Part shown: positions 17,634-27,731 of the stretch, in pieces
Position numbering within the stretch: position 1 is the stretch's first letter
Layout of the letters: every line of letters starts with the position of its first letter
Assembly (NCBI GenBank): GCA_051382335.1
Contig: JBBCAX010000271.1
Coordinates: forward strand, 1-44,473
DNA length: 44,473 bases
Direction: 5' to 3'
Source of the DNA: Deltaproteobacteria bacterium TL4
Lineage (GTDB): Bacteria; SAR324; NAC60-12
The notes under the pieces: generated by a model
Told to the model about the DNA's origin: nothing
Databases searched by the model: none
Seen by the model: the letters and a program-made list of their open reading frames with translations, nothing else
Translations under genes and position numbers: made by a program

Positions 17634-19181
17634 TTACAATCCCTGAATGGTTTGAAGAAGCTCTTTGATTTCCATGGGCTTTAGCAAAAATTTTCGGATC
17701 CCCAAATCGGCGCAGATTTTTTCATAATCCTGAAGGCTGTACCCTGTCGCCAGAATGATAGGAAGATCAGGACGGATTTTCAATAACTCCTGACTTAACT
17801 GGGTTCCTTTCAGTTTCGGCATTTCCTGGTCTGTGAGAATCAGGTCAAATTGGTTGGGGTTCTTACGAAAGGTTTCCAAAGCTTGTTGCCCATTGTCACA
17901 TAACGTTGTCTGATGTCCTTCTTGCTTCAAAACCTGTATGTAGAAGCTGGCTAACAGGGGTTCATCTTCCGCAACGAGAATACGAAATTTCTTTTGAGAA
18001 GATCCCACCACGGCAATTGGGCGTTCGGATGGTTTTTCTTCAACGGGTTTGACGACTTCTTCCAGCGCAGGAAAGTAGAGATGAAACGCGCTTCCCCTTC
18101 CTGGCTCACTTTGGACCTCAATCGCCCCTTGATGTTGCTGCATAATGTTATGCACCACATAAAGCCCCAACCCGGTTCCTTCCTTGGAAGGATGTCCCAT
18201 GTCGATTCCGCCCATGCCTTTCGTGGTAAAGAAGGGATCAAAGATTCGTTCTTTAACCTCATGATTCATGCCTCTTCCAGTGTCCCTGATGCTTAAATGC
18301 AGGTAATATCCCTGTTTTAGTTCAGGGAGAGACACAGGAGCGGTTTCACAATAGAAGGGGGACATGGTGAGTGTCAACGTTCCGCCGTTGTCTTCCATAG
18401 CGTCCTTTGCGTTGAGGCAAATATTGATAAGCGCTTGATAAAGTTGCGTACCATCCGCCAGAATGTGGGGAGACGTCTGTTCAATATGTTCCTGTATTTC
18501 AATATTGGCAGGTAAGGTAATCCGGAGAAAGCTCAACACATCCTTGAGTATTGGCTGAATTTGTGTTGGAATGAGCAGATGTTCCTGGGTACTAAAAAAT
18601 GTCTGTAATTGCTTTACAACCTTTATTGCGCGTTCGGTCGATTGATGAATATTTTTCAGATATTTCTGTCCTTGTAAATCATCCTTGATGTGTTTTTTTA
18701 GTAACTCAGTATTTCCCAGAACAGCAAACAAAATATTATTAAAATCATGAGCGAGTCCTCCTGAGAGGGTTCTCATCGCTTTCATTCTCTGGGATTGGCG
18801 TAATTGCGATTCCTGTTGAAGGTGTGTCAAAAACGCCTGTATTCTGGCATGAAGAATGACTTCATGAAGGGGTTTGTTGATATAATCTGAGGCTCCCAAC
18901 TTAAGACAAGTCTCCAGCATGTCAGGCTGGTCGTCGGCGGTTAGCATGATCACTGAAATCGTGTGATGGACAGGATGTTTTTTTATTTGTTTGAGCAAAC
19001 TCAAACCATTCGGATCCGGCATATTGATATCCAGCAGAATAAGCTCGGGATGAAAGTTTTCCAGCATCTCCATGAGGTATCGAGAGTCTATCAGTGATTC
19101 CGCCTCGTAGCCCCAGGAGTTCAGCAGAAAAACGACTTGATTCAGGATATTTTTATCATCATCAACAATGAGAATATTCAT
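17634..19181 (-). CDS. Hybrid kinase REC-HisKA-HATPase-REC
   Basis: ILIVDD/LLDINMP, GGLAHDFNN, N..LNA.DAM, DTGRG, PFFTTK, GTGLGL, C-terminal REC. Confidence 0.95.
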   Translation of the reverse strand: MNILIVDDDKNILNQVVFLLNSWGYEAESLIDSRYLMEMLENFHPELILLDINMPDPNGLSLLKQIKKHPVHHTISVIMLTADDQPDMLETCLKLGASDYINKPLHEVILHARIQAFLTHLQQESQLRQSQRMKAMRTLSGGLAHDFNNILFAVLGNTELLKKHIKDDLQGQKYLKNIHQSTERAIKVVKQLQTFFSTQEHLLIPTQIQPILKDVLSFLRITLPANIEIQEHIEQTSPHILADGTQLYQALINICLNAKDAMEDNGGTLTLTMSPFYCETAPVSLPELKQGYYLHLSIRDTGRGMNHEVKERIFDPFFTTKGMGGIDMGHPSKEGTGLGLYVVHNIMQQHQGAIEVQSEPGRGSAFHLYFPALEEVVKPVEEKPSERPIAVVGSSQKKFRILVAEDEPLLASFYIQVLKQEGHQTTLCDNGQQALETFRKNPNQFDLILTDQEMPKLKGTQLSQELLKIRPDLPIILATGYSLQDYEKICADLGIRKFLLKPMEIKELLQTIQGL

Positions 19182-22100
19182 TTGTCACTCTCTATTCTGG
19201 CTATTGCGTCAGCAATGAGGTTTGGGATGAGCTCCGTATTTCTGGAATTGGACGCCGCTTGAATATTTTTAAGGAGTTCCAGATAAGGCGAATCATAGGA
19301 CCCATGATACAGGCTCTTCGTATCTTCACAAAGCGCCATCATTTGTTGAAGTTGAAGCTCAATGCGTCTGGTGTAGAAAGGCTTGATTTTAGAAAGTGTC
19401 TTGAATTCTTCCAGCAACCGGGCTTTCACCTCATCGGGCATAGGTTCTTGGAAGCGAGTTTTTTCCTGAGCTTCGCTTTCTGATTCTGCTAAGGGTTCTT
19501 GTTTTAGATATTTGGCCAAGACCTGCAAAAGTTTGTGCGCTTGCAGAGGCTTGAGCAAGTAGTCCAGTATTCCCACAGACTGAGCTGCTTTTTGGTGCAA
19601 GGCAAACGCGTCGGCAGACAGGAGGACAATCGGAATATTAGCGCATTCGGGAAATAATCGAATGTGTCGACTAGTCTCAAGGCCATCCATTTCAGGCAGG
19701 TGAAGATCCATCAGAATCAAATCAAAAGAAGTGTTTTGCTCTATGGCACTTAACGTCTTTTTGATTCCTTCCGGTCCACTCTCGGCAAGCTCAATTTCCA
19801 ACCCCAGTTCCTGAAACAATACTTGGATCATTTTTTGATTGAGGACATTGTCTTCAACAGCCAGGATGCGATTGTCTTTGGAAAAACGAAATTCATCCCA
19901 CTTAACGTCCTCATATCGTGTTTCTTTGGCGTCTGCTTCGATCAAAGGAATCCGAACCGTAAAGGTTGATCCTGCGGATCGGATACTGCCTTCCGGGGTG
20001 AACCTCTCTGAGTCCACAGCCTTTTCTAATTCAGACATAGTAACACTTTCTACCCGAATCGTTCCTCCCAGGAGTTCCGTCATTTGTTTGGTAAGGGAGA
20101 GTCCCAGCCCGGCGCCTTCAAACTTACGAGAGAGGCTTCCATCGACTTGGACAAAAGCGTCAAAAATGACTTGCTGATCTTTTTTAGAAATCCCAATGCC
20201 TTCGTCTTTCACTTTCAGTAGAAGCCAGGAACCTTCTTGGGTTTTTTCCACATCGGCTTGAATGCGCACATTTTTTCCTTCAGAATGGTGTACCGATGCT
20301 GTAAATTTGATGGCGTTGCTGAGCAAGTTCATCAGAATTTGATTCAGTTTGTTCCGGTCTGTCGTCACAAATTCCGGTAAACTGGAGGAAAAGTCATAAT
20401 TGAACTGAATCTGATGTTTATTAGCCTCGCCTTTATGGATATTGTAAATCCCCTGGATCAGTTGCTTGAGATTAATCGTTTCCAAAGTAACCTCAATTTT
20501 ACCTGCATCGATTTTGGACAAATCCAGAATATTGGTAATCAACTCGGATAAATTGTTCCCGCTGTTTTGAATAGTGAGGAGGTGTTGTTTGAAATCGTGG
20601 GGAACCGGTAATACCTGAGCCTGTTTTGAGAGAATCTGACTAAACCCCACAATCGCGTTCAAGGGAGTGCGGATTTCGTGGCTCATGTTGGTCAGGAATT
20701 CTTTTTTAACCCGCAGTGCCTTTTCCGCGATTTCTTTCTGCCGCAGGATCTCTGCTGTTCGAGAGGCTACGAGTAATTCCAGATTATCCTGATATTTTTT
20801 CAACACCATTTCTGCTTGAATTCGTTCGGTAACGTCATGAATCACTGAAAACAGGTGTATTTTTTCATTGAGCAAGATGGGGGACGAAAGCACTTCGACT
20901 GTTTTAATTTCTCCGTTTGCCAGTTGGTGCGACATAATTAAATGGGTCACTTCGTTATTGAGGAGACTCTGCATTTTGGTATTAAAGTCGTCAGGAGACG
21001 GCCTGTTTATCTTCTGAAGCGGCATATTTCGTAACTCGTTAATTGAGTAGCCATAAAATTTTGCAGCAGAACCATTAGCATCTATAATGGTTCTGCTTTC
21101 CGAATCAATGAGGAGCATGATCGCACTATGTGAATCAAAGATGGTTCTGAATCTTTTTTCGGCCGCTAACTGGGTTTTACTCTCAAACAAGGCCTCTTCG
21201 ACCCGTCTGTGTTCGGTGAGATCGGTGAGCATGGAAAAGGCTCCCAGGAAATGATGAGCCTCATCGAACATCGGGGAAGCTGAAGCCGTAGTCCAAACCG
21301 TCTGACCGTCTTTGCGACGAAATCGGCGTTCATAGCTTTCCGAGATTCCCTGGAGGCGTGCTTTCATTCTCTCATGATGATTCGGCACATCCTCTTCAAA
21401 CATGAAGTCCGTCACAGGTTTCCCGATCATCTCATTGCTCGGATAACCCAGCATTTCAGCCATTTTTTCATTAACAAAAGTGGTCAGGGTGTCTGGTCCA
21501 ATTACCCAGATCCCCTCTTTAGCGGTCTCCACGATTTGGCGATATCTGCCCTCGCTTTGTCTCAGAGCCTGTTCCGCTTTGCGACGTTCGACAATTTCCA
21601 TTTCCAGGCTGTGTGTGCGTAAAGCCACCCGTTTCCTTAACGACAAGTTCCAAAGAACCAGGATGCCCACCAACACACCAATGCTGAGAAGGGCGAGGGC
21701 GACATAGCGGAGTATGATTGACAGTGAAATCCTGCTTGGCTCCAAGACTCCAAACCAACGCGCATAGATTTCGTCGTACTTACCGGTCGCCTTGATGAGG
21801 TTCAAGCCTTGGTTGAGGCGTTCCAGCAAGACAAAATTTCCTTTTTTGACGGCAAAACTGAACGTCCGGTTATACGCCTCAACGATCGTATCCGATGCCA
21901 CCAGATTCATCAGGTTCAGATTTTTGGCAATCAGCAGTCCCACCAATTTGGGCATCAGAGCCCCGTCCGCCTTCCCCTCCGCTAACAATCTCAAGGCATC
22001 CGGTAAGGTTCTTGCCAGGAGAAGATGTTCACACATTCCTTTGTCACAGAGAAAATCATGAGCCGCATCGTTCCGCATCACGATGATGGACTTGCCGCGT

Positions 22101-22600
22101 AAGTCCTCGATGGAGTCCAACGCCTGCCCCCCTTTTCGTGTGAAGATGGCGTCGTAGGTGATGGTGTGGGGCACGCTGAAATCGAACACTTCAGCGCGTT
22201 CCTTGGAATATGCCACCAAGGGTAGCAGGTCGATATCACCATTTTCCAGGGCCTTGCGTGCTTGATCCCAAGGACTGGGGAGCATCTCGAGATCAAAATC
22301 CATCACTTGAGTGACAGCCTGGAGCAGATCCACGCTGAAACCATCGGGCTTTCCCTGCTTGTTCACAAAAGTATAGGGGAGACCATCCGGAACGATAAAG
22401 GTGCGGAGTTGTTTCTTAAAAGGAACTGGTACGGCAGGACTGGTCGCTGATTCCGAGGGAACAGCTATCGTTGGGACAGAAGGTGCCGCCAAGGTTGACA
22501 GCGGACGAAGCTGCCATGAGAAGCAGGTGATGAGCACCGTCAGAATAATGAGAACAGGACGCATAAAAACAGCCATAAGGTATTTGAAGAGTTGCTTCAA
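19178..22600 (-). CDS. Hybrid sensor kinase: periplasmic amino-acid-binding (PBPb) domain, TM, two PAS, HisKA, HATPase, REC
   Basis: PY.F....G...GF..DL, two PAS/PAC units, NMSHEIRTPLN, NLLSNAIKFT, G.GLGL, DLILMD; ATGA overlap with next kinase. Start uncertain (ATG 22576 alternative). Confidence 0.95.
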   Translation of the reverse strand: MKQLFKYLMAVFMRPVLIILTVLITCFSWQLRPLSTLAAPSVPTIAVPSESATSPAVPVPFKKQLRTFIVPDGLPYTFVNKQGKPDGFSVDLLQAVTQVMDFDLEMLPSPWDQARKALENGDIDLLPLVAYSKERAEVFDFSVPHTITYDAIFTRKGGQALDSIEDLRGKSIIVMRNDAAHDFLCDKGMCEHLLLARTLPDALRLLAEGKADGALMPKLVGLLIAKNLNLMNLVASDTIVEAYNRTFSFAVKKGNFVLLERLNQGLNLIKATGKYDEIYARWFGVLEPSRISLSIILRYVALALLSIGVLVGILVLWNLSLRKRVALRTHSLEMEIVERRKAEQALRQSEGRYRQIVETAKEGIWVIGPDTLTTFVNEKMAEMLGYPSNEMIGKPVTDFMFEEDVPNHHERMKARLQGISESYERRFRRKDGQTVWTTASASPMFDEAHHFLGAFSMLTDLTEHRRVEEALFESKTQLAAEKRFRTIFDSHSAIMLLIDSESRTIIDANGSAAKFYGYSINELRNMPLQKINRPSPDDFNTKMQSLLNNEVTHLIMSHQLANGEIKTVEVLSSPILLNEKIHLFSVIHDVTERIQAEMVLKKYQDNLELLVASRTAEILRQKEIAEKALRVKKEFLTNMSHEIRTPLNAIVGFSQILSKQAQVLPVPHDFKQHLLTIQNSGNNLSELITNILDLSKIDAGKIEVTLETINLKQLIQGIYNIHKGEANKHQIQFNYDFSSSLPEFVTTDRNKLNQILMNLLSNAIKFTASVHHSEGKNVRIQADVEKTQEGSWLLLKVKDEGIGISKKDQQVIFDAFVQVDGSLSRKFEGAGLGLSLTKQMTELLGGTIRVESVTMSELEKAVDSERFTPEGSIRSAGSTFTVRIPLIEADAKETRYEDVKWDEFRFSKDNRILAVEDNVLNQKMIQVLFQELGLEIELAESGPEGIKKTLSAIEQNTSFDLILMDLHLPEMDGLETSRHIRLFPECANIPIVLLSADAFALHQKAAQSVGILDYLLKPLQAHKLLQVLAKYLKQEPLAESESEAQEKTRFQEPMPDEVKARLLEEFKTLSKIKPFYTRRIELQLQQMMALCEDTKSLYHGSYDSPYLELLKNIQAASNSRNTELIPNLIADAIARIESDK

Positions 22601-22643
22601 AAAATAAGAAAAAGTAGAGAGACTTCTCCAGATCTTTTTCCTA

Positions 22644-22692
22644 GGAGAGCGTGCATCTTGCCAGCAAAAGCAGGCGAAACGCCTGCGCTCCC
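22644..22692. repeat. REP-like doublet (GGGAGCGCAGGCGTTTCGCCTGC type), left copy degenerate
   Basis: Hairpin GCAGGCGAAACGCCTGC followed by GCTCCC; GGAGAGCG at left end. Confidence 0.55.
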
Positions 22693-22724
22693 GATAGAAA
22701 TATCTATTTATGTTTTCTGTTACC

Positions 22725-23264
22725 TCAATAACTCGATTTACGAATTTCTTTAATATTCTGTTTCAAGGCCTGAGACTTATCGTTTGGGGACGTTTGGGAA
22801 CCAGCAGAAGATTCAATAAGTTTCTTCAGCACGGGAGGCTCGAGAGTTTCGGTTTTTCTCTTTAGAGGTTCGGTAAAGCATTGCCCTTCAATCACAGCGC
22901 CTTCATGAACAATCAAGAGCCCAGGAGGGTTGGTTACATTCCCGATAATATGCCCTTCTTCAAGAACTTCCATGTGCTCTGTGGAAAAAAGATTGCCTTC
23001 AACCTTGCCATTGACGATGATGCTGTGCGCATAGATATTTGCGACAATGTGAGCTGTGGGACCAATCGTGATTTCACTGGAGCATTCCACATTTCCACGC
23101 ACTTCCCCATCAATCCGAATAGGTCCGCCGCACCGAAGCTTCCCTTCTATTTTCATGCCGCGTCCGATATAGGTCGGAATTGTTCCTTTGACAGAGGGTG
23201 CCTCTTTTATTCCAAACAAAATCACCTCCAGTGTGTGAATTAAATGACATAAGCACCTAGCCAT
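22725..23264 (-). CDS. Bactofilin (polymer-forming cytoskeletal protein)
   Basis: TYIG.G..IEG.L......RIDG...GNV...ITIG...V.GN...GA..EG beta-helix pattern; AGGAG RBS. Confidence 0.92.
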   Translation of the reverse strand: MARCLCHLIHTLEVILFGIKEAPSVKGTIPTYIGRGMKIEGKLRCGGPIRIDGEVRGNVECSSEITIGPTAHIVANIYAHSIIVNGKVEGNLFSTEHMEVLEEGHIIGNVTNPPGLLIVHEGAVIEGQCFTEPLKRKTETLEPPVLKKLIESSAGSQTSPNDKSQALKQNIKEIRKSSY

Positions 23265-23285
23265 AAGTTTTTACTCCTATGAAGT

Positions 23286-23355
23286 GTCATCCCCACGAAG
23301 ACGAGAATTCAGTTCTCCAGATGAAACTACTGGAGTTTCGCCTATGTCTGTTGAC
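23286..23355. repeat. Degenerate GTCATTCCCGCGAAAGCGGGAATCCAG-type palindromic repeat
   Basis: GTCATCCCCACGAAGACGAGAATTCAG...CTGGAGTTTCGCCT...TGAC; family recognised from memory. Confidence 0.45.
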
Positions 23356-23610
23356 AAATCAATACTGATTCAAACGTTAAAAAACTTTTGATCTGGTACT
23401 TTTTCTATCGGAGCGGATCATAACTCCAATAGTTTCATTTTCGCAAGACGAAATTTCATTCCCAGAAGCTCTGTGATTGAAAGAACTTGTATCTGACACG
23501 AAGAATGAGTAGCTTGAAGCGGCTTTATCTTGAACTAAAAAGCCTGAATACCATAGTTTTGCAAGTCGGTTGAGATCAAGGGCTTGCCCACGAAAGGAGA
23601 TCATTACAAC

Positions 23611-25050
23611 ATGGCAAAAAATATAACTCCACGAAAAAAGAATTACTCTCAATGGTACCTGGATGTAATCAATGCGGGACAGTTAGCAGATTATGCGCCT
23701 GTAAAAGGATGCATGGTGATTCGTCCCACAGGTTTTGCGATTTGGGAATCCATACAAGCACAGTTGGACCGGATGTTTAAGGAAACAGGCCATGTCAACG
23801 CCTCCTTCCCTCTTTTAATTCCCCAACACTTTCTTGAAAAAGAGGCCGAGCACGTAGAAGGGTTTAGTCCTGAATGTGCGGTGGTCACGCATGGAGGCGG
23901 AAAGGAGTTAGAGGAGCCTTTGGTGATTCGTCCGACGTCTGAAACAGTCATTGGTCATATGTATGCGCAATGGATTCATAGTTATCGGGATCTCCCCGTT
24001 TTAATCAACCAATGGTGTAATGTCGTGCGTTGGGAGATGCGAACCCGACTATTTTTGAGGACTTCAGAATTTTTATGGCAAGAAGGGCACACGGCCCATG
24101 AGACTCATGCCGAAGCACAAGCGGAGACGTTGAAGATGCTTGAAATCTATCGGGTGTTTCAGGAAGAGTATCTTGCTATTCCTGTAATCAAAGGAAAGAA
24201 ATCGGAATCCGAAAAGTTTCCTGGAGCTGAATCTACCTATACCGTAGAAGCGCTGATGCAAGATGCCAAAGCATTGCAGAATGGAACCTCCCATAATTTA
24301 GGGCAGAATTTTTCAAAAGCCTTTGATATTCAGTTTTTGGGACGTGATAATGAACGCCAATTTGCCTATACCACGAGTTGGGGATGTTCGACTCGGATGA
24401 TTGGTGGATTGATTATGACACACAGTGATGATGATGGTTTGATTATTCCTCCCAAAATTGCGCCGCTTGCAGTCGCGATTGTGCCTGTTTTTAATAGCGA
24501 CCAGGAAAAAACACAGACTTTTGAGTTTGCCGAATCTATCGCACAGCATTTGCATAAAACGTTGGATCCCCTTCGTGTGAAAATTGATTATCGCGATTAT
24601 TTAAGGCCTGCAGACAAGTTTTTCCATTGGGTTCAACAAGGCGTTCCTTTGCGTATAGAAGTTGGTCCCAGAGACGTACAAGCGCAGTCAGGCATGATTG
24701 TTCGTCGGGATAATCGGGAGAAAATGCTGGCACCGCTTGGTGAAATTGCCAACCTCGTTGTTCGGTTATTGGACGAAATTCAGGCGAATCTTTACCAGCG
24801 GGCCTTGACCTTTCGAGAAGAAAATACAAGAACCGTCAACAGTTATGACGAATTTAAAGCAGTCTTGACGACACACGGTGGATTTATTCGGGCTCATTGG
24901 AATGGTTCCAAGGAAGTTGAGGCAAAAATAAAGGAAGAGACTAAAGCCACGATTCGTTGCCTTCCTTTTGAAGACGAGCCTCGTCCAGGAAAATGCCTGG
25001 TTACCGGAGAACCCTCCTCACAAGAAGTGATTTTTGCGATAGCTTATTAG
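23611..25050 (+). CDS. proS: Proline--tRNA ligase, archaeal/eukaryote-like type without insertion editing domain
   Basis: WY.DV...A.LADYAPVKG, RPTSE, NQW.NVVRWE, FLWQEGHT, C-terminal FA.AY; AAGGAG RBS before ATG 23611. Confidence 0.97.
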   Translation: MAKNITPRKKNYSQWYLDVINAGQLADYAPVKGCMVIRPTGFAIWESIQAQLDRMFKETGHVNASFPLLIPQHFLEKEAEHVEGFSPECAVVTHGGGKELEEPLVIRPTSETVIGHMYAQWIHSYRDLPVLINQWCNVVRWEMRTRLFLRTSEFLWQEGHTAHETHAEAQAETLKMLEIYRVFQEEYLAIPVIKGKKSESEKFPGAESTYTVEALMQDAKALQNGTSHNLGQNFSKAFDIQFLGRDNERQFAYTTSWGCSTRMIGGLIMTHSDDDGLIIPPKIAPLAVAIVPVFNSDQEKTQTFEFAESIAQHLHKTLDPLRVKIDYRDYLRPADKFFHWVQQGVPLRIEVGPRDVQAQSGMIVRRDNREKMLAPLGEIANLVVRLLDEIQANLYQRALTFREENTRTVNSYDEFKAVLTTHGGFIRAHWNGSKEVEAKIKEETKATIRCLPFEDEPRPGKCLVTGEPSSQEVIFAIAY

Positions 25051-25121
25051 TTTTTAGAAGCATACATTGAATCCGAGGCTGAACTGGAAATGGTTCAGCC
25101 TGTTTATCCATTCTTGAGCTT

Positions 25122-27470
25122 ATGACCCGGAAAATAGCGCCCAAAACCATAGAGCATACCCACCCCAAAGCAGCACAAGAATCGCCTTCAACGCCCACCT
25201 CCCGGACGAGTTCCCCTGTGAATCGCTCCAAATTCATGAATGTGGCTGCTGAATATTTCAGAGAGCTTGAAGCTCAACTCATGAAGGAATTAAATGAAGA
25301 AGGTACCGAAGCAGCAGAGACCCCCGATAGGCCTTGTGAGATTACAGCACCGGATGGATTTCAATTTGACGAAGTGAGTATTCGGGAAGCACTGATACTT
25401 TGTGAAATGCTGCAAGATTATCTGGACCAACTTTCTCCTCAAGAATTGAAGCAACTGGCTAGAATCTACTCTTTTTACAGCAACCCCAAGGAAATGCTGG
25501 AAAAAATAAAAATTTTGTTTACAGGGGATATCACGGTTAAAGAAAAGATTGTCAGGATCTATAGCGCGAAAGCGATAGGCTCCTACAAGGTAACCAAAGT
25601 GATCTTAACAACAGTTGAATTGTTCGAAAACCTGCAAGCGGAGGAGTCAAAGCGAATTCAACACGAATTGAAAGAAAATGTGGAGGAGTCCTTAAAAAAA
25701 ATTAAGAACATGCTCCCGCGCGCACTTCAGGAAATGAGGCCCTGGACTCGAACAAACCTGTGTAGCAATATTGTAAAAACGCTTCAATATGACAAACCTC
25801 TTTTTTCTAAAACGCATCGCTATTCCTTGATTGTAGAGCGATTTCGAGAGTTTATTTATTGGCTTTATGGGAATCCTTTCATACTCCGATACATAGAATG
25901 GAAACAGAAATATTTAGTGTATTGGTTACATACGGAACTTTATCGTTTGGATATCAAGAACATGGCCGATGGTGCCAGCGCTCTGCAATATAGTCCAATC
26001 AAGCAGAAAATTTATCAAAGAATGAGTCAATATTTATCGTCCTTAGAGCCAGAAGAACGGCATGTCGATCAGGAATTATTGTTAAAAAAATCCCATTATG
26101 CCCTGCTTGTCCAAAAGGAAGCGTTTTTACCGGAGGCGTCCCCTTCACTACAAGCGTCCATGATTCGAACACGGGAAGCGGAACAGAAACTGCTCGACAA
26201 TTTGACCTATAATCAATTAACCAGTCTTGCCGCAGCCATTCATCGGGAGGTCGCTCAAGCCCACCAACAGCAAAAACTAAAAGGAGAGGTCCCTGCTAAT
26301 GCCAACGAACGTTCCCTAGATCTGGAAAGTGAAAGGAAGTCAGAACAAAAATACCTGGAAGCGACCGTTAAGGTTCAGGTAGAACAGGCGAAAAGCAAAG
26401 GCAAATCAGGAGCGGGATTTCTCATCGCATTGAAAAAATTTACAGAAAAACTGGGTCTTTTTCAGGCAAAAGAGACGAGTCCTAAAGAGGTGAAGGTGGA
26501 AATGGTACCACGAACCTCCGGAAATGTGGATAAAGCCCTGGAACCTGTGATTCCTAGTTGGTATGGGTTTGGGAAAGAATATAGGAGTAGTATTTATGAA
26601 GTGCAAATGCCCAATTTGCAGAAAATCTTTTTTGAGCATGGCGGTTTAAAACTCTTTCTTCATCAAGATTTCCTTAAAGTATTCAAAGCGGTTATGGATT
26701 TCTATAAAGACTTAGGATACCTGAAAATAGTAACCCACAAAGTGACTTTGAAAAATAATGAAGGCAAGCCCCTTGAAAAGTTAGACGAGGAAGGCATTTA
26801 TTTAAGAACAGCTATGGACGAGTTTCTGGTTTTGGGACGAGCGTGTTTTTATCAAAGTACCATCCCTACTCCTTATTTTCAGCTTTATCGATTGAATCCT
26901 GTCAAAGTGTATACAGGTTCTTCCAGAAATATAGATTATTCCCGTGTTGTTGATGGAAAAACCTTCCACTTAGAGAGCTTCGAGCAGCCAACACAGGTGC
27001 GTCCCATACTCTTTAAGTGTTTGATTCGGGTGATAGACAGCCTGCCCGATCCCATTCGTAACGCACACATGAATTTTCTGAAACGCCTCCACTCATTTTT
27101 AGACACCCACCCCTCTTCTAAAGACGCTTCAACAGCCAATGATGACTCAAGTCCAGAAGCGTTGTCAACGCCCGAAGAAATAACACGAACAGACAACGCT
27201 GAAGAGGTGAAAGGTTCTAAAGATTTGAAGATTGATGATAACTCCCCCAAAGAGGCGAACGTAATCGTTAAAGATGACGATTCTGAGGAGGAAAATGTAA
27301 TCATTGAGGATGACTATTCTGAGGAAGAGGATTTGATTTCTGAGGATGACTATTCTGAGGGAGAGGATTTGATTTCTGAGGATGACTATTCTGAGGGAGA
27401 GGATTTGATTTCTGAGGATGACTATTCTGAGGAAGAGGATTTGATTTCTGACGATTATTCAACAACGTGA
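25122..27470 (+). CDS. Hypothetical 782-aa helical protein with acidic repetitive C-terminal tail
   Basis: Long ORF; no family recognised. Confidence 0.8.
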   Translation: MTRKIAPKTIEHTHPKAAQESPSTPTSRTSSPVNRSKFMNVAAEYFRELEAQLMKELNEEGTEAAETPDRPCEITAPDGFQFDEVSIREALILCEMLQDYLDQLSPQELKQLARIYSFYSNPKEMLEKIKILFTGDITVKEKIVRIYSAKAIGSYKVTKVILTTVELFENLQAEESKRIQHELKENVEESLKKIKNMLPRALQEMRPWTRTNLCSNIVKTLQYDKPLFSKTHRYSLIVERFREFIYWLYGNPFILRYIEWKQKYLVYWLHTELYRLDIKNMADGASALQYSPIKQKIYQRMSQYLSSLEPEERHVDQELLLKKSHYALLVQKEAFLPEASPSLQASMIRTREAEQKLLDNLTYNQLTSLAAAIHREVAQAHQQQKLKGEVPANANERSLDLESERKSEQKYLEATVKVQVEQAKSKGKSGAGFLIALKKFTEKLGLFQAKETSPKEVKVEMVPRTSGNVDKALEPVIPSWYGFGKEYRSSIYEVQMPNLQKIFFEHGGLKLFLHQDFLKVFKAVMDFYKDLGYLKIVTHKVTLKNNEGKPLEKLDEEGIYLRTAMDEFLVLGRACFYQSTIPTPYFQLYRLNPVKVYTGSSRNIDYSRVVDGKTFHLESFEQPTQVRPILFKCLIRVIDSLPDPIRNAHMNFLKRLHSFLDTHPSSKDASTANDDSSPEALSTPEEITRTDNAEEVKGSKDLKIDDNSPKEANVIVKDDDSEEENVIIEDDYSEEEDLISEDDYSEGEDLISEDDYSEGEDLISEDDYSEEEDLISDDYSTT
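27305..27448 (+). repeat. 36-bp coding tandem repeat x4 (EDDYSE[E/G]EDLIS)
   Basis: TGAGGATGACTATTCTGAGG(A/G)AGAGGATTTGATTTC at 27305, 27341, 27377 and 27413; degenerate copies upstream. Confidence 0.95.
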
Positions 27471-27488
27471 CAGGAGTTGTAAAGGCTT

Positions 27489-27731
27489 ATGCATGATCTT
27501 CTTGGACACTACGCTCAAATCATCCTCATCTTATTAACAGGGGTTCTTCTCATTCTAACCTTGTTTCGCGTTGTTTCTATTCGGAAACGCAATACGGAGG
27601 CGCTACTACATGAGCGTTTGATTCATCTTGAAAACATGATGCAACGTGAATTTCATGCACTGAGGAAGAGACTGGATGAGATACAGTCTCAACTCCAGGT
27701 GCATTCTTCCGATTCAATTAAAGGGTCATGA
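27489..27731 (+). CDS. Small membrane-anchored coiled-coil protein
   Basis: N-terminal TM helix; AGGAG RBS. Confidence 0.7.
   Translation: MHDLLGHYAQIILILLTGVLLILTLFRVVSIRKRNTEALLHERLIHLENMMQREFHALRKRLDEIQSQLQVHSSDSIKGS

Noticed and set aside
23611..25050. Archaeal/eukaryote-type ProRS as a novelty
   Set aside because: This type is well known in many bacterial phyla.
27305..27448. 36-bp repeats as a CRISPR array
   Set aside because: Units are directly tandem with no spacers, in frame within a CDS, and no cas genes are present.
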